From: Desulfomicrobium sp.
GTDB taxonomy: Bacteria; Desulfobacterota; Desulfovibrionia; Desulfovibrionales; Desulfomicrobiaceae
Assembly: GCA_040768745.1 (NCBI GenBank)
Contig: JAXGMI010000001.1
Coordinates: 192,001 to 256,000 of the forward strand
Length of the DNA: 64,000 nt
Direction of reading: 5' to 3'
The position numbers and the translations under genes are program-made. How positions within the stretch are numbered: the stretch's first letter is position 1; each line of letters begins with the position of its first letter. A model generated the notes under the pieces. It did not search any database, was not told the DNA's origin, and saw only the letters and a program-made list of their open reading frames with translations. Shown one piece after another: positions 62,043 to 64,000 of the stretch.

Positions 62043-63331
62043 TGCACCCGAACCAGAGCCGGGAATTCTACGCCATGGTGGACTGCAACAACTTCTACGT
62101 ATCCTGCGAGCGCGTCTTCGACCCCGCGCTGGAAGGCAGACCCGTGGTCGTGCTGTCCAACAACGACGGCTGCGTCATCGCCAGATCCAACGAGGCCAAG
62201 GCCCTGGGCATCTCCATGGGCGAACCGGCCTTCAGGCGCCAGGAATTCTTCACCGGCAACCAGGTGCGGGTCTTTTCGTCCAACTACGCCCTGTACGGGG
62301 ACATGTCCGCCCGGGTCATGCGCATTCTGGAAGGGTTCTCGCCCGAAATGGAGCGGTATTCCATCGACGAAGCGTTTCTGCGCCTCCCCTCGGTCGGCGG
62401 GGACGACCTCCTGGATCTGGCCAGGGAGATCCGGCGCACCGTGGGCGCATGGACCGGCATCCCGGTCTGTGTGGGCCTGGCTCGGACCAAGACCCTGGCC
62501 AAGATCGCCAACAGACTGGCCAAGAAGACGCCCGAGAGCGGCGGGGTCTGGCTGCTGGACGATCCGGAGGGCATCGAAGCCCAGCTGGCCAGGATCGGGG
62601 TGGGGGATGTGTGGGGCATCGGCCGGCGGTATGCCCGGTTTCTGCAGGCCAAGGGCGTGGACACGGCCCTGAAACTGAAGCAGATGCCCCGGGACTGGGT
62701 GAGGAGGCACCTGACCATCGCCGGACTGCATACCGTGCTGGAACTGGAGCAAATCCCCTGCATCCCGTTCGGGGAAAATCCCGCCCCAGCCAGGAGCCTG
62801 GTCTGCTCCCGGTCCTTCGGGACGCGCGTGTCGGACCTGGACAGCCTGGAGGAGGCCCTGTCCTCCCACGTGCAGCGGGCGGCGGAAAAGCTCAGGGCCA
62901 GAAAACTTCTGGCCGGGGCCGTGCAGGTCTTCCTGGAGACCAACAGGTTCCAGCCCGGCCCGCAGTACAATGGCAGCGCCTGCCAGGCCCTGCAGGCCCC
63001 TACGGCCTATACCCCCGTCCTGCACGCCCTGGCCCTGCGCGTCCTGCGCGGCATCTACCGCCAGGGATACAGGTACCAGAAGGTGGGGGTCCTGCTCGCC
63101 GGCCTAGTCCAGGAGGGCAACCGGCACCTCTCCTTCATGGAACCGGTCGGGGAGAGGAAGGCGGCCCAGGAGGCGCTCATGGCGGTCCTGGACAAAGTCA
63201 ACGCCTCCTATGGGCGGGGGACCCTGACCCTGGGCGCATCGCGAACAGGGCCCAAGCCGTGGCACATGCGGCAGGAGCGGCGTTCACCCCGGTACACGAC
63301 GGCCTGGGCGGAACTGCCCGTGGTCAGATGA
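62042..63331 (+). CDS. umuC: Y-family DNA polymerase, UmuC type
   Basis: [30 protein letters not shown] and the WHMRQ..SPRYTT tail. Confidence 0.93.
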   Translation: MHPNQSREFYAMVDCNNFYVSCERVFDPALEGRPVVVLSNNDGCVIARSNEAKALGISMGEPAFRRQEFFTGNQVRVFSSNYALYGDMSARVMRILEGFSPEMERYSIDEAFLRLPSVGGDDLLDLAREIRRTVGAWTGIPVCVGLARTKTLAKIANRLAKKTPESGGVWLLDDPEGIEAQLARIGVGDVWGIGRRYARFLQAKGVDTALKLKQMPRDWVRRHLTIAGLHTVLELEQIPCIPFGENPAPARSLVCSRSFGTRVSDLDSLEEALSSHVQRAAEKLRARKLLAGAVQVFLETNRFQPGPQYNGSACQALQAPTAYTPVLHALALRVLRGIYRQGYRYQKVGVLLAGLVQEGNRHLSFMEPVGERKAAQEALMAVLDKVNASYGRGTLTLGASRTGPKPWHMRQERRSPRYTTAWAELPVVR

Positions 63332-63442
63332 GAACTGCGCCGCACAAACCCCTGTCCGGAAACGCATCCCTGCAATCCCGCGGCAGCATGGAGGAACATG
63401 TTCGTTCCCATGCCCCCGCCAAACCTCTTGAGAAGGTTGAAC

Positions 63443-64000
63443 ATGTGGTTTCTGCAATCAAAGACGGACGTGCTTGAAAAACTCGGCGTCGATCCGGACA
63501 GGGGCCTTTCCGGCGCGGAAGCCGCTGCCAGGCTTTCCGCATACGGCCCCAACAGGCTCAAAAAGGAGAAGAAGAAAACCATCCTGCAGATGTTCGTGGC
63601 CCAGTTGCAGGACTGGCTCATCTATGTCCTCCTGGCTGCGGTGGTCGTCACCCTGGCCATGGGCGAATACATGGATGCAGGCATCATCATCCTGGTCGTA
63701 ATCCTCAACGCGACCCTGGGCGTGACCCAGGGAGTCAAGGCCGGCAACGCCATCGAGGCCCTGCAGAAGATGTCCTCGCCCAGAGCCCTCGCACGCCGCG
63801 ACGGGGTGATCACGGAGGTGGATTCCGAGGATGTGGTCCCCGGGGACATCCTCGTCCTTGATGCCGGCAGGTTCATCGCCGCCGACATCCGGTTGATCGA
63901 GTCGGCCAATCTGCAGCTCGAGGAGTCGGCCCTGACCGGCGAGTCCGTGCCGGCCAGCAAGGACGCCTCGGCACTGCCCCCTGATCCGAAAACACCCCTG
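63443..64000 (+). CDS. cation-transporting P-type ATPase (type II), runs off window
   Basis: Own translation: GLSGAEAAARLSAYGPN, two TM helices, VPGDILVL, ADIRL and EESALTGES. Confidence 0.92.
   Translation, partial: MWFLQSKTDVLEKLGVDPDRGLSGAEAAARLSAYGPNRLKKEKKKTILQMFVAQLQDWLIYVLLAAVVVTLAMGEYMDAGIIILVVILNATLGVTQGVKAGNAIEALQKMSSPRALARRDGVITEVDSEDVVPGDILVLDAGRFIAADIRLIESANLQLEESALTGESVPASKDASALPPDPKTPL

Noticed and set aside
63332..63442. Metal-sensing riboswitch ahead of the P-type ATPase
   Set aside because: One modest hairpin, and no yybP-ykoY or M-box consensus visible.

Overview
GC-rich chromosomal window, inferred from gene content (class III cytochrome c3, Rex-type box, YedF, fused SucCD) to come from a sulfate-reducing Desulfovibrionales bacterium such as Desulfomicrobium. 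Bases 1-38 kb are mostly housekeeping: DUF748 protein, accC/accA-D fusion/biotin carrier/ssb/acpS, purine nucleoside phosphorylase, fadL/tetR, comEC-lptFG, an NtrYX-like pair, fused sucCD, adenine deaminase, lipid A acyltransferases, yedF/rhodanese/fdhD, cytochrome c3, a GH46-like hydrolase, an RHH-PilZ protein and gntR. A decayed ~10.6 kb island sits in tRNA-Leu(CAG) (38147-48726). It holds a truncated tyrosine integrase, an IS3-type element, and two AT-rich cargo genes bracketed by a 62-bp coding direct repeat. One cargo gene is split by nested IS66>IS1634>IS66 elements with all target duplications intact. The right third holds a HAD phosphatase, a liv ABC operon with IclR, several small genes, a DDE IS interrupted by IS1380, a umuC coupled to a 32-aa UmuD-like mini-ORF, and the start of a P-type ATPase. 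About 20 single-base indels, mostly in homopolymers, between ~17.8 and 44 kb look like long-read errors, so those genes are reported as joined CDSs. All family calls come from reading motifs by eye; no searches were run.
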